The notes under the pieces were generated by a model. It saw only the letters and a list, made by a program, of their open reading frames with translations, made no database searches and was not told the origin of the DNA. Shown piece after piece: positions 44,017 to 58,827 of a stretch of DNA of 64,000 nucleotides. The translations under genes were made by a program, and so were the position numbers. The stretch spans positions 123,752,001 through 123,816,000 of the forward strand of contig OX597818.1 of assembly GCA_951406725.2 (NCBI GenBank). Reading direction: 5' to 3'. Each line of letters starts with the position of its first letter. Position 1 is the stretch's first letter. Source of the stretch: Octopus vulgaris. Taxonomy: Eukaryota.

Positions 44017-44400
44017 CTAGCAGTATCGCCCGGCGTTGCTTAGGTTTGTAAGGGAAATAACTATAAAGCATTTTTAGAGAGTTATAGCCAAAAAATAGCA
44101 AAAAAATGGAAAAAAAATGATGGTAAATTTTTTTGAGAGTTAAAAAAGGTAGAGTTGCGTCCCCTAGACGGTCTGTGGTTTGGGTTTCTAATTCTCGACC
44201 CCATGTCGAATTTATCGATTTTTTTCAGAACTGGGGGAACTTTTCAAAATTTTCGCTGCGTTAGTTTTGAATTATGACATTGGGCTATGTGTGTGTCAAG
44301 TTTCATCAGAATCGGTTGAAAGCCGTGGTCAGAGTGAGGGTACGAGAAAACAGACACACAGAAACACGCACAGACAAACTGCCGTTTATATAGAGAGAGA
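44017..44400 (-). mobile_element. Non-autonomous Helitron, same 3' end with a different 5' body
   Basis: Shared hairpin+CTAG end; distinct TC 5' end. Confidence 0.8.
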
Positions 44401-44411
44401 TATATATATGT

Positions 44412-44752
44412 AAAATATTAGGGAATAAATCCAAACTTACAGGGAAAAATCAGATTTAGGATTAAATCCAATTTTATAGTAAAATATTATATTATATTAA
44501 ATTAGAGATAAAACCACTATTAGGCAAATCAAACAATGAAAAACATAAACCAATACATAAAATTAATTAATTTATATTATTTTAAATATATATCAAAATT
44601 ATTAAAAGTTTAATAAAAGATATCTTTTATTAACTTTTAATAATTTTGATATATATTTAAAATAATATAAATTAATTAATTTTATGTATTGGTTTATGTT
44701 TTTCATTGTTTGATTTGCCTAATAGTGGTTTTATCTCTAATTTAATATAATA
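44412..44752. repeat. AT-rich (TA)n-inserted element with foldback (centre GATATC near 44621)
   Basis: Arms about 130 bp; near-identical to 56151-56485. Confidence 0.9.
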
Positions 44753-44949
44753 TATATATATATATTTATATATACGACGGACTTCTTTCAGCTTCTGTCT
44801 ACCAAATCCACTCACAAAGCTTTGGTCGGCCCGAGGCTATAGCAGAAGACACTTGCCCAGGATGCCACGCAGTAGGACTGAACCCGGAACCATGTCGTTG
44901 GGAAGCAAGCTTCTTACCATACAGCCACTCGTGCGTTTTCCAGTGTTTG

Positions 44950-45500
44950 TTGGTATTATTATTCCTTATTATTCCGTTTGTTGGAACTCATGGAATCTTG
45001 CACGCGAAGCGAGTTTGCTACTTGCGGCCTACGGTACTATACTACCTGTTCTTTTCAATTATCTTATACTTTTCTGATTATTCTAGCCGTGCCAAGGAGG
45101 TAAACAGTTTGTAACAGTTCAATTTGGCACTCTATTCCGATTTATTTTGTATATCTCTTGATGCCTTCTGATACTGTCCCAAAGGACCCAACAGTGATTG
45201 GAACTATCTTCACATTTTTCATTTTCCATAACCGAGCTATTTCGTATTTCAGAGGGTTGTATCTATCTATCTTATCGCCTTCCTTCTTGACTATTCGTGG
45301 GTCAAAGGGGCATGCAACATCAACTATATCACCACCAGGTCCGGTCTGTTAAACTCTAACACTTGATCTATTTGGATTGGGAAGTCCCAGAGGATTTCAC
45401 AAGCCTCCGACCCTGCCATTCTCTGCGGTTTGTGTTCATACTATATCTTGCCTCTCCCTAGCCCCCACTCTTCGTAGTTTCCAATATAGCACTTTCACTA
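44950..45500 (-). mobile_element. R4/Dong-like LINE 3' end (restriction-like endonuclease)
   Basis: YEHKP..ILWDFPIQID...RPDLVV..VDVACPFD..KEGDKIDRY..LKYEIARLW..IVPITVG. Confidence 0.85.
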
Positions 45501-46317
45501 CCTTATCCTGTCACCACAACTTGTAGTGGTTTGGGGCAAGTGTAGAGTATTTGTTCGTGATATGAGCAATGGTCTCGTCCACTCTATTACAGATGCGACA
45601 CGACAGAGACACTTTGTCATTCCCAAGATTGACCCTACAGTTCGTGGCCAAAGCTTGGAGCGGTAGTTTTCAGAATTGATAGATCGTCGGACAAAATGCA
45701 ATTTGTTCCATTCCTTTACGTTCTCAATTACAATTCTGATATGGTCAACCGTGCCTGTCATTTTCTTCGGGATCGATAAAATAGAGTACCAGCCTAGTAC
45801 TAAGATTGGTGGTAGTGACTAAACTCAGAACTCATGTTATTATGCCTCAATTTAAACCATTCTTTGAATGTATGCGATCTGGATAACAATAATTTCATCA
45901 TTCCTGACACATATACCACCACCATCGCCTTTACTATAGTTATTAGCACCAACTTCTCGTTCTTACTGTATCAAGAGTTATTGTATATTCAGAAAATGGC
46001 GTCCGTTTCTCACTCACTTCCACCAACACACACACCCTCGCTTTCTTTCTCTTTTTCTCTATCTCTCTCTCTCTCCCTCAGTTTCTTTCTTTCACTCATT
46101 CATTCTCTCTCTCTCTTTCTGCCTGTCTTTCTCTCTCTCTCTCTCTCTTTCTTTCTTTGTATATATGAGTGTGTGTGTTTGTGCGTGTTTGTGTGTGTGT
46201 GTATATGTGGACATATTGATAGATATATAGATATGTACATATATAAAGACATACATACACACGCATATATATGTATATATGTATATGTATATATATATAT
46301 ATGTGTATGTATGTATG

Positions 46318-46359
<42 letters not shown>

Positions 46360-46468
46360 GAGAGAGTGGAGAGAGAGATACGTACATGTAGATATATATT
46401 TTATAGACATGCACACACGCGCATACATGGACATATGATTCTAGAGAGAGAGAGGGTAGGAGAGATAC

Positions 46469-46509
<41 letters not shown>

Positions 46510-47679
46510 TACGTATATATATGCATGTATGTATGGATACATATATGTGTGAGTATGTACGTACGTATCTATGTATCTATCTATTTCTATCGCTTTCTTT
46601 CACATACTTGTAAACACGCGAACCCGTACATACCTATTCAGAGGCTCGTAAACGAGCGCGTGCACACACATACACACAGAGACACAGACAGACACACACA
46701 TACACAAACGCGCGCACACACGCACGTACACCCATACACACATATACACACACTCCTGTGAAGATATCAAATGTAGGCGTCCATTTTAAAGTGAAAACAG
46801 AATCTCTCCGCGTGACAAATATTCAATTTACTACAATAATTCGACAAAGCTTTTGCCGTTATTAACAATACAAATCCGTCAACTTTCACTCTTTGTTAAA
46901 TTGAAATCCAAACATCTTCAATTTATTCTCTTTCTCCCTCCATTTATGCTTTTGTCTTTGTTGTTTTAGTTTGTTTTGTTTTGTTTTTTTATTCTTCTTA
47001 ACAATTTTTAGCAATTAACTAAAGCAAGCTAATTTGCTATTTCCACAATTGTATTTCGAAGAAATATTATTTTGCACATTAGAATATCCTAGATTAGTTT
47101 GTCTTGAAACAAATCATCTTCAATTTACAGATATGTTTAGTGTTTTGTTTTTTGATTGTTATCGAGGGAAAGGAATGGCTCTGTTTGTTTTTGTTATTTG
47201 TCTTTTAGTTGAGAAGGGTGTTATACTTCCGGTATTGAAACAAATTTTACTTCGAATTTAAGTTACACACTTTTTTTTTTGTATAGTAATAGTCTTAGAA
47301 AAATGCTGTTGTCATGTACAGAATAGTTATAACAACGGATAGAATGCGCTGCAATATTTGCTCAGTTTCCTCCCTCCTCCCCGCCCCACTCTGAGTTCGA
47401 ATCCCACTGGATAACGGTAACTGGAGTTCTAATCCTGGTTTAAAATTGTGCGAGTCAAGAAGGTGCTCGTATCTGATCGTAATTATTCGAGCACCTAGAA
47501 TAAATTACGAAGGTATATGTATATGTGACTCTGTGTGTGTGTGTATGTGTGTCTGTGTGTGTGATTGTGTGTACGTGTAAAATTAGATTACATTACAAAG
47601 TAATACACAAATAAAATAGGCTAAAATAAAATAAGCTAAAACATCCTGGCATACACATATATATGTATGTATGCGTGTG

Positions 47680-47730
<51 letters not shown>

Positions 47731-47734
<4 letters not shown>

Positions 47735-47940
47735 CGGGAAAGTTTACGAAAATAAACAAAAGACGAAGGCAGGTGGAGTACAAACAAACAAATGTATTAG
47801 TATAGCGCTCAGGAATAGAAATAGAAAAAGTCTTTTACGTTTCGAGCCTACGCTCTTCGACAGAATGATACACAGAAAAAAAATAAGGAGAGAAACAAGG
47901 AGAGAAAAAAAATGCGTGTAGGAGCTAACGATCTATCATA
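47731..47940 (-). mobile_element. Solo copy of the HHR element of 34157, in (TA)n
   Basis: Near-identical unit; HHR at 47831-47868. Confidence 0.8.
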
Positions 47941-48536
47941 TATATATATATATATATATATACATGCAAACACACATAAATATATACATACATACACCAC
48001 ACACACACGTACCCCACCATGGTCACAGTCTAATGACTGAAACAAGTAAAAGATAAAAAAATAAATACAATGAAACTGTGACGCAGAAAGACAACAACAG
48101 AATGTACGGAATAACAGAAACACATAATGGATGTGGACATACTCGACTCTTCAGCCGTTATCGACCAAATGTCACCAGGATTTCGACACCTAATGTGTTT
48201 ATGTACATTAGTGAGTAGGCGCGGGTGTGTGGAAGCAGGTACAGACAAGCGGTTAACAAATTCGCTACCCATTCAGTTGAAAGCGAGATTAGTTTGATAT
48301 GAACTGTAGAAACCCGTTGGTTGGACTGTCTGACCTTATTACACAGTCTCGTGCTGATTCTGTCCGAGAAATGCGATATAGGTATACCTGCTTTGGCACA
48401 CTCAGCCATTTTAGATATAATTCAATGGTTAGATAGTTCAATTGCACGAACAAATGGAATACTCGTTGTCATAGCTGACAGAGACCCTTTACTTTACATA
48501 AATATGTGCGTGTAAGTATGTATGTATATAAGTTTG

Positions 48537-48588
<52 letters not shown>

Positions 48589-48908
48589 CATTCTTTTATC
48601 TTTTACTTATTTCAGTCATTGTATTGTGGCTGTGATAGGGCACCGCCTTTTACTCGAACGAGTCCTCTGCTACTTATTCTTTTTAATCTGGTACTTATTC
48701 TATCCGTTTCTTGTGCCAAACTACTAAATTATGCGGACGTAAACAAAACAACGCCTGTTGCGAAGCCGATGGAGAAAGTAAACAAAACTGCAAAAAAACA
48801 CATTTACACACACACACATATGTATATTTATATATGTATATATATATATATGTGTGTGTGTATAAATGAAAGAATGGAGTTGAACGACAAATTAACAAAT
48901 TTCCTTTA

Positions 48909-48991
48909 TTTTCGACATATGTTTCGAAGGCTGCATATTCCTAATTGTGAAGGAATAAGGAGTACATTATGCCGCTTTCTCATCAGGAAAA
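48909..48991 (-). ncRNA. Type-I hammerhead ribozyme
   Basis: TTTTC-CTGATGA-GAAAGCGGCATA...TATGCAGCCTTC-GAAA-CATATG-TC-GAAAA. Confidence 0.85.
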
Positions 48992-49039
48992 ACAAGGAAT
49001 TTTTGTCAACATCAAGATTCACAAAAACTTTTAGATGAC

Positions 49040-49099
<60 letters not shown>

Positions 49100-49390
49100 C
49101 AATAATAATAAAGGGTAAAATTAATTAATTGATAAATTAATTAATAATTGATAATTTTACCAAGTAGTTCAATACGTTAAAAGAACCATTATCGGTAAAC
49201 TTGTATAAAAATTCTATAATTATGAGTATAATTATAATTAGGGTTCAGCAAAATTTGCTTCGCCACACACCGAAATTTAGAAATAGCAGTTAAACTACTA
49301 TTTTACTACCATAAGATATCTTCCAGACAACAATACTCAACAACTCATGCAATATAGTTGTAATTTATTAAAAAAAAGCAAAAAACAGAG

Positions 49391-49797
49391 ACAGGAGTGG
49401 CTGTGTGGTAAGTAGCTTGCTAACCAACCACATGGTTCCGGGTTCAGTACCACTGCGTGGCATCTTGGGCAAGTGTCTTCTGCTATAGTCCCGGGCCGAC
49501 CAATGCCTTGTGAGTGGATTTGGTAGACGGAAACTGAAAAGAAGTCCGTCGTATATATGTATATGTATATATATATGTGTGTGTTTGTGTTTGTCCCCCT
49601 AGCATTGCTTGACAACCGATGCTGGTGTGTTTATGTCCCTGTCACTTAGCGGTTCGGCAAAATAGACCGATAGAATAAGTACTGGGCTTACAAAGAATAA
49701 GTCCCGGGGTCGAATTGCTCGACTAAAGGTGGTGCTCCAGCATGGCCGCAGTCAAATGACTGAAACAAATAAAAGAGTAAAAAAAGAGTAAAAAGAG
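49391..49797 (+). mobile_element. SINE family C, full length
   Basis: Matches 17419-17830. Confidence 0.9.
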
Positions 49798-49851
49798 GTG
49801 TATGAACAAGAAGCAAGTGAATTGATTTGACGCTCGGGAAAAATGAAAAAT

Positions 49852-49889
49852 TCTTTTACGTTTCGAGCCTACGCTCTTCAACAGAAAGG
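49852..49889 (-). ncRNA. Variant hammerhead (CTGTTGA core)
   Basis: CCTTT-CTGTTGA-A-GAGCGTAGGCTC-GAAA-CG-TA-AAAGA. Confidence 0.6.
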
Positions 49890-49941
49890 AATAAGAGAAA
49901 ATAGACTTCAGCGGTCCAGTATATGGTGAATGTATGTGTTC

Positions 49942-50033
<92 letters not shown>

Positions 50034-50364
50034 TCTGATAAGGGTTAATTGGTCCGGGGCTACTATAAAAGACATTTGCGCAAGGTAGTATGCAGTAGGA
50101 CTGAACCCGAAACCACGTAGTTTAACCAGACGAGAAACGAAATAGAGCGAAAGAGAGCAAAAAAGAGAAAAAGAGAAACATACAGGGCGATAAATAAATA
50201 TACTTTAACATACATTACTTCACTTATAATACGGAACAAAGAGCTCGAGTAATGTCTTTGTGGTATAAAATTCTCTGTTTTGTATATTTATGTATACACA
50301 CACACACACAAATGGATATATGTAGGCATGTATGTATGTATGTATGTATGTGGATGCATGTATG

Positions 50365-50401
<37 letters not shown>

Positions 50402-50519
50402 GTGTGCATATATATATACATATATTTATATACATATATATTTTAATTATATATATATATATCCATACATACAATCCTATATATATATACATACACATAT
50501 ATATACATATATATATATA

Positions 50520-50566
<47 letters not shown>

Positions 50567-51787
50567 GCACACGCGCACACATACGTGAATGCATTATACA
50601 CATACATATGCATATATGTTTACGTAAGGTAGGTACATAGGTAGGGAGGCAGGTGTGTCTGCTTTCTATTTTGCTTATCTCCTTTACCCCCTTTTTCAAC
50701 AACGGTGTGGTCGACCAATGAGAAAAGCTAATACATGACATTTCCACCTTCATTTGCCATGTTTACCTATTTAGACATTATGTCATTAATCTTCAAAGAC
50801 TCCTTAGTAACAGACTTACTTACTTCCCAACCTTACTGAAGCGATTTACAACTCTTTCCTACCCTTTTTCTTTTCCTTTTATATCTAACATTGTTTTTTT
50901 TTTTTTTGTTTTTTCTTTATTCATTAAAACTTACTGAACGAGATTGCAAGGAGCAAACAGAGTAACAGCCTCGCTACAAACACACACACACACACACACC
51001 GTAGAAGAAACAATAGCCAGGTCATGATTATTTGATAACACGAGTAGGATTTTCTTTCTTAAGTCAAGAAATAAGTATTCTCATGTCAGAAGTGATAAGT
51101 CTGGAGAAAATGACCCTTGAATACCCCCAACCCTGCACCGTCAAACCTCCTAAATGGACTCGCTTATTTATTTAAACTTTACTGATTTGTTACCTACGTA
51201 CAAATCTTTGAATGTTACCAACGTACAAATCTGTGACGTCCGTGTTACTGTTATACAACAGTTCTTGTTTAATTCTGGGTTAAACTCTGATCGAGGAAAA
51301 ACCCAACTTTCATCAAAAGTGTTTAAGTTGTGATCATCCCAATATCTTAAAAATCAAGTACAACGTTGGTCGACCAAACCATCGTTAAAAGTGAAGGGGA
51401 AGAGTAAAGGAAATAAAAAATAGCAAACACGTATTCCTACCTATGTATTTTATGTATGTGTATATATGTATGCATGCACATTTGTACGTATGTATGTATA
51501 ATGTATAACATTGAACAATGTCTCTTATTTATAGTTTTGGGATTTTAATTAGAAGGAGATTTGAATACTGCTTCTAGAAGATCGAACCAACCGTCTCGTA
51601 GAGGCTCACTCATCTGGTATTTACTTCTGTACCATTATCAACGCGACAGAAATAACAATAGTGCCAACGCAAATTTCAAAATCTCCCAAAATGAATTCGA
51701 TCCTACAGTGCAATTCATAGGATCGGATCGTCCAATACCTTGTGAGTGGAATTTGGCAGACGGGAACTGGTTCGAAGCCCGTCATAA

Positions 51788-51891
<104 letters not shown>

Positions 51892-52066
51892 GGCCGGTCT
51901 ATGGGCTTACTCTGGGTTTCGCGTTCATAAAGCACTAGCTTTACTGTGTTTCTTCAGACCCTAAAACCCGTTGGCCTATGGCCTCTCTAGCAGAGGGAAT
52001 CTGAAGAAACGCTGTTAACCTAGCGCTTTAAGGATGTGAAATCCAGAGTAACGCCATAGACCGGCC
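51892..52066. repeat. Diverged palindrome with HHR-like motifs in both arms
   Basis: GGCCGGTCTATGG...TCTTCAGA / TCTGAAGA...GAAA-TCCAGAG-TA..CCATAGACCGGCC. Confidence 0.7.
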
Positions 52067-52142
52067 ATAACTATCTTGATCTATATATTCTACTGGTCTA
52101 TAACTTACAGTGTGCTTCTCTTTCGGATTTATGATTTACTGG

Positions 52143-52213
<71 letters not shown>

Positions 52214-52216
<3 letters not shown>

Positions 52217-52520
52217 AGGCGCAATGGCCCACTGGTTAGGGTAGCGGACTCGTGGTCGTAGGATCGCGGTTTCGATTCCCAGACTGGGCGCTGTGAGTGT
52301 TTATTGAGCGAAAACACCTAAAGCTCCACGAGGCTCCGGCAGGGGGTGGTGGCGATCCCTGCTGTACTTTTTCGCCACAACTTTCTCTCACTCGTTCTTC
52401 TGTTGTCCTGCTCGCTTAGCCAGCGGGGTGGCGTCATTCGAAGGCTAAAATAATGCGAAACGCATTGTGTCCAGCGATGTGTAGTAACATCTGATAGCCT
52501 GGTCGGTCACGGTGATCACA

Positions 52521-52525
<5 letters not shown>
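52214..52525 (+). mobile_element. SINE family B head with tail-2, between (GT)n and (TA)n
   Basis: Family B head; tail matches 2776-2893. Confidence 0.85.
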
Positions 52526-52593
<68 letters not shown>

Positions 52594-53665
52594 CCAAAGC
52601 ATCAAAAAGATTGGTGTTGGTCTGCATCAGTAAGACTTGTATTATTTAGCAAAATCGATGAAAGGAATATAATGAACTTAATGTAGTGAGTGGAAAATCC
52701 AACGTTTTGGACAGACCTTTTTAAAGGAAAAACTGAGAGAAGAAAAATCAAAGAGCGACAGCAGGATTCCACATCCTCAGAGAATGTATAACTCTAGTGT
52801 CTCCCTTCAATTTCTCTCCTGTCGACTTTCCCATGATGAAATACGCTGTCCAAAATATATATGGATAATTGGAAGAATGTTTGTGTTTACAAAAGAAAAG
52901 TACAGGATGCAAAGGAATCTGCATATTTTACATTTTTAGAAGTTGATGCTTCTTGAATCGTTATTCTAAGTTTCACATTACTAATTATTTAAACGAAGAA
53001 AGAAAATTATTTATAAATCTTTTCCATTTGTAAATCTTTGTCAATGAATTTGTCACCAGAGGGTTTTTAGTGTTTCGCTATATGGCTTGTGTCGCTGGTT
53101 GCGTGAAAATGATAGACAACATCTCGTGACCAATTAATAGGCGTTTTATTCTTTGCACATATTATTTTTACGTTGATCTTGAATGATGAATACAAACAAC
53201 TCGATAGTTTGTGACGAAAATAACTCGTTCGAATGGCTCTGTGACTACTCTAGCACAAGTGAAGAAATATCATGTTTAATTCAAGACAGCAAATCTGTAT
53301 CTGCTAACTACTCGGTTGAATAACTAGTCGTTCAAACAACTGCTGACATTCTGTATTTGTTCCTGCTAGTGAATGGGTCGGTCGGTATCAACGTTTTGCG
53401 CAAATATGCCTGACATGAGTGGAGACGTATTTTACTCAGTAACCCTCGACACTCTGTAAAGAGGTGGCGCTAAAAGTGGCTTTATATTGGATTCAAAGAG
53501 AAAGTACTGGAAGGTTCTAGAAAGTCGCATCACGTGATAGATGGTGATCGGTCAGTTAATCGGCCGATCACGTGAAATGGTTTTGGCTAATCCGTGAATT
53601 TCACTTCACAATTTGGCGATTCCATTTCAAATTTACTACAGATCAAACTGGCTTAACTAGTCAAT

Positions 53666-53707
53666 ACTGTACTGAAGAGGCCTAATAGACTGAAACATGT
53701 CTATAGT
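53666..53707 (+). ncRNA. Minimal type-I hammerhead ribozyme
   Basis: ACTGTA-CTGAAGA-GGCCTAATAGACT-GAAA-CATG-TC-TATAGT. Confidence 0.8.
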
Positions 53708-54306
53708 TGTCTCTCCCGCCACAAATTAACAACTAAGATCAGATTTTCTTCTAATCGTGTTTATTAACTTTGGAAAGATGTTTTAATTTCTTGAAGTTAT
53801 CGCCCCTTTTCTCAGAGAGGTTTGGTGAGTTTTATTTATCTTTTTTTTTTTTTCTTTTCATTTTTTTTTCTCCAATAGGCTAGGAATTTCAATTAAGAAA
53901 TTTTGAGTACAATATTGAGAATTTCACCACTTAACATATTTACACAAACTATGATTTGTTAGAAAAAGAAACCATAGAAAAAAATTCTTTCGCCATTTCA
54001 CCTCCATGCTAATCGGTACAGACATTTTAATAATCAAAACAACAGACATTCTTAAAATCCAAATTATTTTCCCTTTTTTTTCCCGTTTTTTCTTTCTTAC
54101 TTTTCTTATAGTGTCAGTATGACGTAGGTTAATAAAGTCAACACTATCAATCTTTCCAGTTACACATTTTTTTCTTTCTCCTATTGTACTGAAAACTACG
54201 TGAATTACAATACCAACAAGAAAAGGCATACCTTAAATATATGTACCTTACACGATCAAGTAGACATATGAAGACATGAATAATTTATAACATGTATGCA
54301 CACGCT

Positions 54307-54383
<77 letters not shown>

Positions 54384-54554
54384 ATGTATATATATATATA
54401 TATATATAAGAATACAGTGTACATTCAAACACAAAAGAGATACCCAAAGAATAGGATATCTGACTCACTAGAAAGAGCAGTTAAACTCCAAGCCACCAAT
54501 TGTTGTAATTCTGAAAGTGATTGAAAAATAAAAACTTTTACCTTAATCCTAGAC

Positions 54555-54634
54555 CCTACAAGGTTTCTGCAGACTTAAATACAGACTTAAATAAAATGAT
54601 TTCAGCCTATATCTGGCGCTGCTTCTTCAGTAGG
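54555..54634 (-). ncRNA. Degenerate hammerhead
   Basis: CCTA-CTGAAGA-A-GCAG...CTGC-A-GAAA-CCTTG-TAGG. Confidence 0.45.
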
Positions 54635-54837
54635 TTGCCAGGACTGAACACATAGGCACGGAGCAATAAATAACCCGCCACGTGTCTATAGGTTCTAATT
54701 TTTCGAATCTACCGCGTAGAAGCGGAACTCAACCAGCACTAAATAATTAAATTGCCAATTTATCGGCAATTTATATATATTTGTATATTTATATATATTT
54801 ATATATTTATATATAAAAAATCGGCAATTTATATATA

Positions 54838-55221
54838 CTCTTTACTCTTTTACTTGTTTCAGTCATTTGACTGCGGCCATGCTGGAGCACCGCCTTTAGT
54901 CGAGCAAATCGACCCCAGGATTTATTTTTTGTAAGCCCAGTACTTATTCTATCGGTCTCTTTTGCCGAACCGCTAAGTGACGGCGACGTAAACACATCAG
55001 CATCGTTTGTCAAGCAATGCTAGGGGGACAAACACAGACACACAAACATACACACACATATGTATATAAACATATATACGACGGGCTTCTTTCAGTTTCC
55101 GTCTACCAAATCCACTCATTGGTCGGCCTGAGGCTATAGTAAAAGACACTTGCCCAAGATGCCACGCAGTAGGACTGAACCCGGAACCATGTGGTTGGTA
55201 AGCAAGCTACTTACCACACAG

Positions 55222-55224
<3 letters not shown>
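54838..55224 (-). mobile_element. SINE family C
   Basis: Reverse-complement match. Confidence 0.9.
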
Positions 55225-55254
<30 letters not shown>

Positions 55255-55261
<7 letters not shown>

Positions 55262-55480
55262 CCCTCGACTATCGCGGGTGTTACGTTCTAAAACCTTCCA
55301 GAGAAATAAGTTAAATCTAAAAGAATATAAATACCCATCAGCCGTGATATCCTGAGGAGTCCGCGATATAAATTTACATATATTAGTCAGAAAAATCCGC
55401 GTTGTACTGAGTGCTCGATAGGTGAACCACGATATAATGAGTGCGCAATAGGTGAACCGTGATATAGCGAGGGATTACTG
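55255..55480. mobile_element. Tigger-type MITE
   Basis: TIRs CAGTAATCCCTCG / CGAGGGATTACTG-TA. Confidence 0.85.
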
Positions 55481-55584
<104 letters not shown>

Positions 55585-56112
55585 CGCAGCCGTGGCTATG
55601 TTGTACCATATGGTTCCGGGTTCAGTCCCACTGCATGGTACCTGGAACAAGTGTCTGCTACTATAGCCTCGGGTCGACCAAAGCCTTATGAGTGGATTTT
55701 GGTAGACGGTAACTGAAAGAGGTAGGCAAGGCAGGCGGTGCCTACCTTGAATAAAATAGATCGATAGCAACATTTTCCTTTTATGGCAAAATATGCACCT
55801 GATTCAATAAAATTATGAAGGTTAGTCTGATTACTATGCATAAGATATAATTTTTTTTTTTTTTTTGTAGATTAGGTAGGCATAATTCGTCCCTACTTTT
55901 CAATTTCCGTTTTTAAGCGACGCATAATACTGCTGTATTACACGTGCTGCGTACATTTCTACAACATCGATTTCTTTACGTGCTATAAAGGCAGAAATAG
56001 ATCTGCCTTCAACTCATTCGCGCGTCTGTTTCGGTTAATTTTTATGTCTTTTACTACATAAAGGCCGCCAATTGCCTACCCTGTGTAATTAATTACTGGC
56101 GGCACGTGCCTG

Positions 56113-56150
<38 letters not shown>

Positions 56151-56154
<4 letters not shown>

Positions 56155-56481
56155 AAATATTAGGGAATAAATCCAAACTTACAGGGAAAAATCAGATTTA
56201 GGATTGAATCCAATTTTATAGTAAAATATTATATTATATTTAATTAAAGATAAAACCACTATTAGGCAAATCAAACAATGAAAAACTTAAGCCAATACAT
56301 AAAATTAATTAATTTATATTATTTTAAATATATATCAAAATTATTAAAAGTTTAATAAAAGATAACTTTTAATAATTTTGATATATATTTAAAATAATAT
56401 AAATTAATTAATTTTATGTATTGGCTTAAGTTTTTCATTGTTTGATTTGCCTAATAGAGGTTTTATCTCTAATTAAATATA

Positions 56482-56485
<4 letters not shown>
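56151..56485. repeat. Second copy of the AT-rich foldback element
   Basis: Matches 44412-44752 with a different turn point. Confidence 0.9.
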
Positions 56486-56553
<68 letters not shown>

Positions 56554-56799
56554 ATGGATGGATGTACGTACGTACATATGTATGTATGTATGCTTATGTG
56601 TGTATGTCTTCGTGTCTGTGTTTGTCTCCCCACCATCGCTTGACAGACATCCTTCTAGGTCGTGTTGATAAAATGAATTTAAGCTACCAGTCCAAGCTTT
56701 AACATGTAGTTGACCGTCCTAAAACAAGTGAAAGTAGATTACTCAAAACAAAAATGTAAATCGCAATAGAAGCTGAAGTGACGATAGTGACATACCAAA

Positions 56800-57020
56800 A
56801 TTCCATAAAACACGTTTGATATCTGATGGATGGACTTCTTATGTGGAACTCGGCAAATTCTATATTCAGGAAGTTGTGAACCATTCACTTCATTTTGCTG
56901 ATCCAAACAATGACAGCATTAATACAAAGACTATAGAAGCGCGATGTATACTTAGGCGGCAACGTCGGACTAGTGATGACTTATTTATATATCTTCATGA
57001 TGTGGCGAAACAAATTTAGA
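56800..57020 (+). pseudogene. Merlin/IS1595-like transposase fragment
   Basis: ISDGWTSY..L..Y..EVVNHSLHFADP...INTKTIE. Confidence 0.75.
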
Positions 57021-57389
57021 GATTGTCAAAAATTATTCATGGATCCCATTTCATGCATCCAGTGACTGTTACGTTTTCATCTCATATAAAATATATGTAC
57101 AGCTTTCATGTTATATTAAATATATGTATGTTCTATACATTGGTTGTGTCACATACATTGTTTGCATGAAATTATATGATATCACTATCGTCAACTCCGA
57201 TTTCTATCGCAATTTGCTTTCAATTTTTAGGACAATTTACTCCCACTTTTTTTACGATGGCAAACTGCATGTTAATCCCTGTCAAGTACTAGCATCGATT
57301 CTACTGTTTCTCTCTTTCTTGTTCCCTTTCTCATTCAGGATTGGTTACTCTGCGAGAAGAATGTGGAGCACCATTCACAATACAGTAGA

Positions 57390-57771
57390 TGGAAGCACTC
57401 CGTCGGTTACGACGATGAGAGTTCGGTTGATCCGATCAATGGAACAGCCTGCTCGTGAAATTAACGTGCAAGTGGCTGAGCACTCCACAGACACGTGTAC
57501 CCTTAACGTAGTTCTCAGGGATATTCAGCGTGACACAGAGAGTGACAAGGCCGGCCTTTTGAAATACAGGTACAACAGAAACTGGAAGTAAGGGTGGGAG
57601 AAAGTTGTGGTAAAAGAGTACAGCAGGGATCACCACCATCCCCTGCCGGAGCCTCGTGGAGCTTTAGGTGTCTTCGCTCAATAAACACTCACAACGCCCG
57701 GTCTGGGAATCGAAACCGCAATCCTACGACCGCGAGTCCGCTGCCCTAACCACTGGGCCAAAGCGCCTCCA
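57390..57771 (-). mobile_element. SINE family B (tail-1)
   Basis: TSD CACAATACAGTA. Confidence 0.9.
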
Positions 57772-58431
57772 CACACAATACAGTATCACTTCCATCGAAG
57801 ATAAACGCACTCATTCTATAGTAAAGAAAGAGTCTAATTACTTAGGTTCTGCCGGGGCATGACACAATGATGACGATGATACAAACACACACATATATAC
57901 TTAGATGCATAGTTATTAGTTTTAAAACAGTTGATCTATTACACTGTGTAACAACTTTTATTCTTTGATCAGTAAGTGTTATTTCCTATTTGCTTCGAAC
58001 TGAAAATCAAAGAAAATTGCTATTCCCTTCAAACTTTGCTTTTGTGACCTGGATATCAATACTTTGAAATTTTGAAACTGATCTATTTTCCATTACATTT
58101 CAAACAGATTCAGTACTGAGTTGCTGAAGCAGAAATATCGTTATAGTAAATATTCTGCTCAATACCACAAATTTGCTTGTCAGTTATTTGATGTTAACAG
58201 CTTGAACATGCCGCTTAGTGGCCGACAATATGTGCAGCTCTGATCATGACCAGGAGTAATAGGAAAGCATCATAACCTTGTATTAAGAGGGATTCTTTGG
58301 AGCTTGAATAAATGTAACAAAAGCAAAGTTTGAAGAAAATATTAGCCATTTTTCATACCGTCTGGGGGTGATCAAACAGGAAATAACAGTTGCTACCCAA
58401 GGACCAAAATTGTATTACACAGTGTAATTGT

Positions 58432-58827
58432 GGAAGCACTCCGTCGGTTACGACGACGAGGGTTCCGGTTGATCCGAATCAACGGAACAGCCTGCTCGTG
58501 AAATTAACGTGTAAGTGGCTGAGCACTCCACAGACACGTGTACCCTTAACGTAGTTCTCGGGGATATTCAGCGTGACACAGAGAGTGACAAGGCCGGCCC
58601 CTTGAAATACAGGTACAACAGAAACAGGAAGTAAGAGTGAGAGTACAGCAGGGATCACCACCAGAGTGAAAGAGTACAGCAGGGATCACCACCATCCCCT
58701 GCCGGAGCCTCGTGGAGCTTTTTGGTGTTTTCGCTCAATAAACACTCACAACGCCCGGTCTGGGAATCGAAACCGCGATCCTATGACCGCGAGTCCGCTG
58801 CCCTAACCACTGGGCCATTGCGCCTCC
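58432..58827 (-). mobile_element. SINE family B (tail-1)
   Basis: TSD ACACAGTGTAATTGT. Confidence 0.9.

Noticed and set aside
55725-56110. Possible hAT-like MITE (also 29450-29880)
   Set aside because: Paired TIRs and TSD could not be identified
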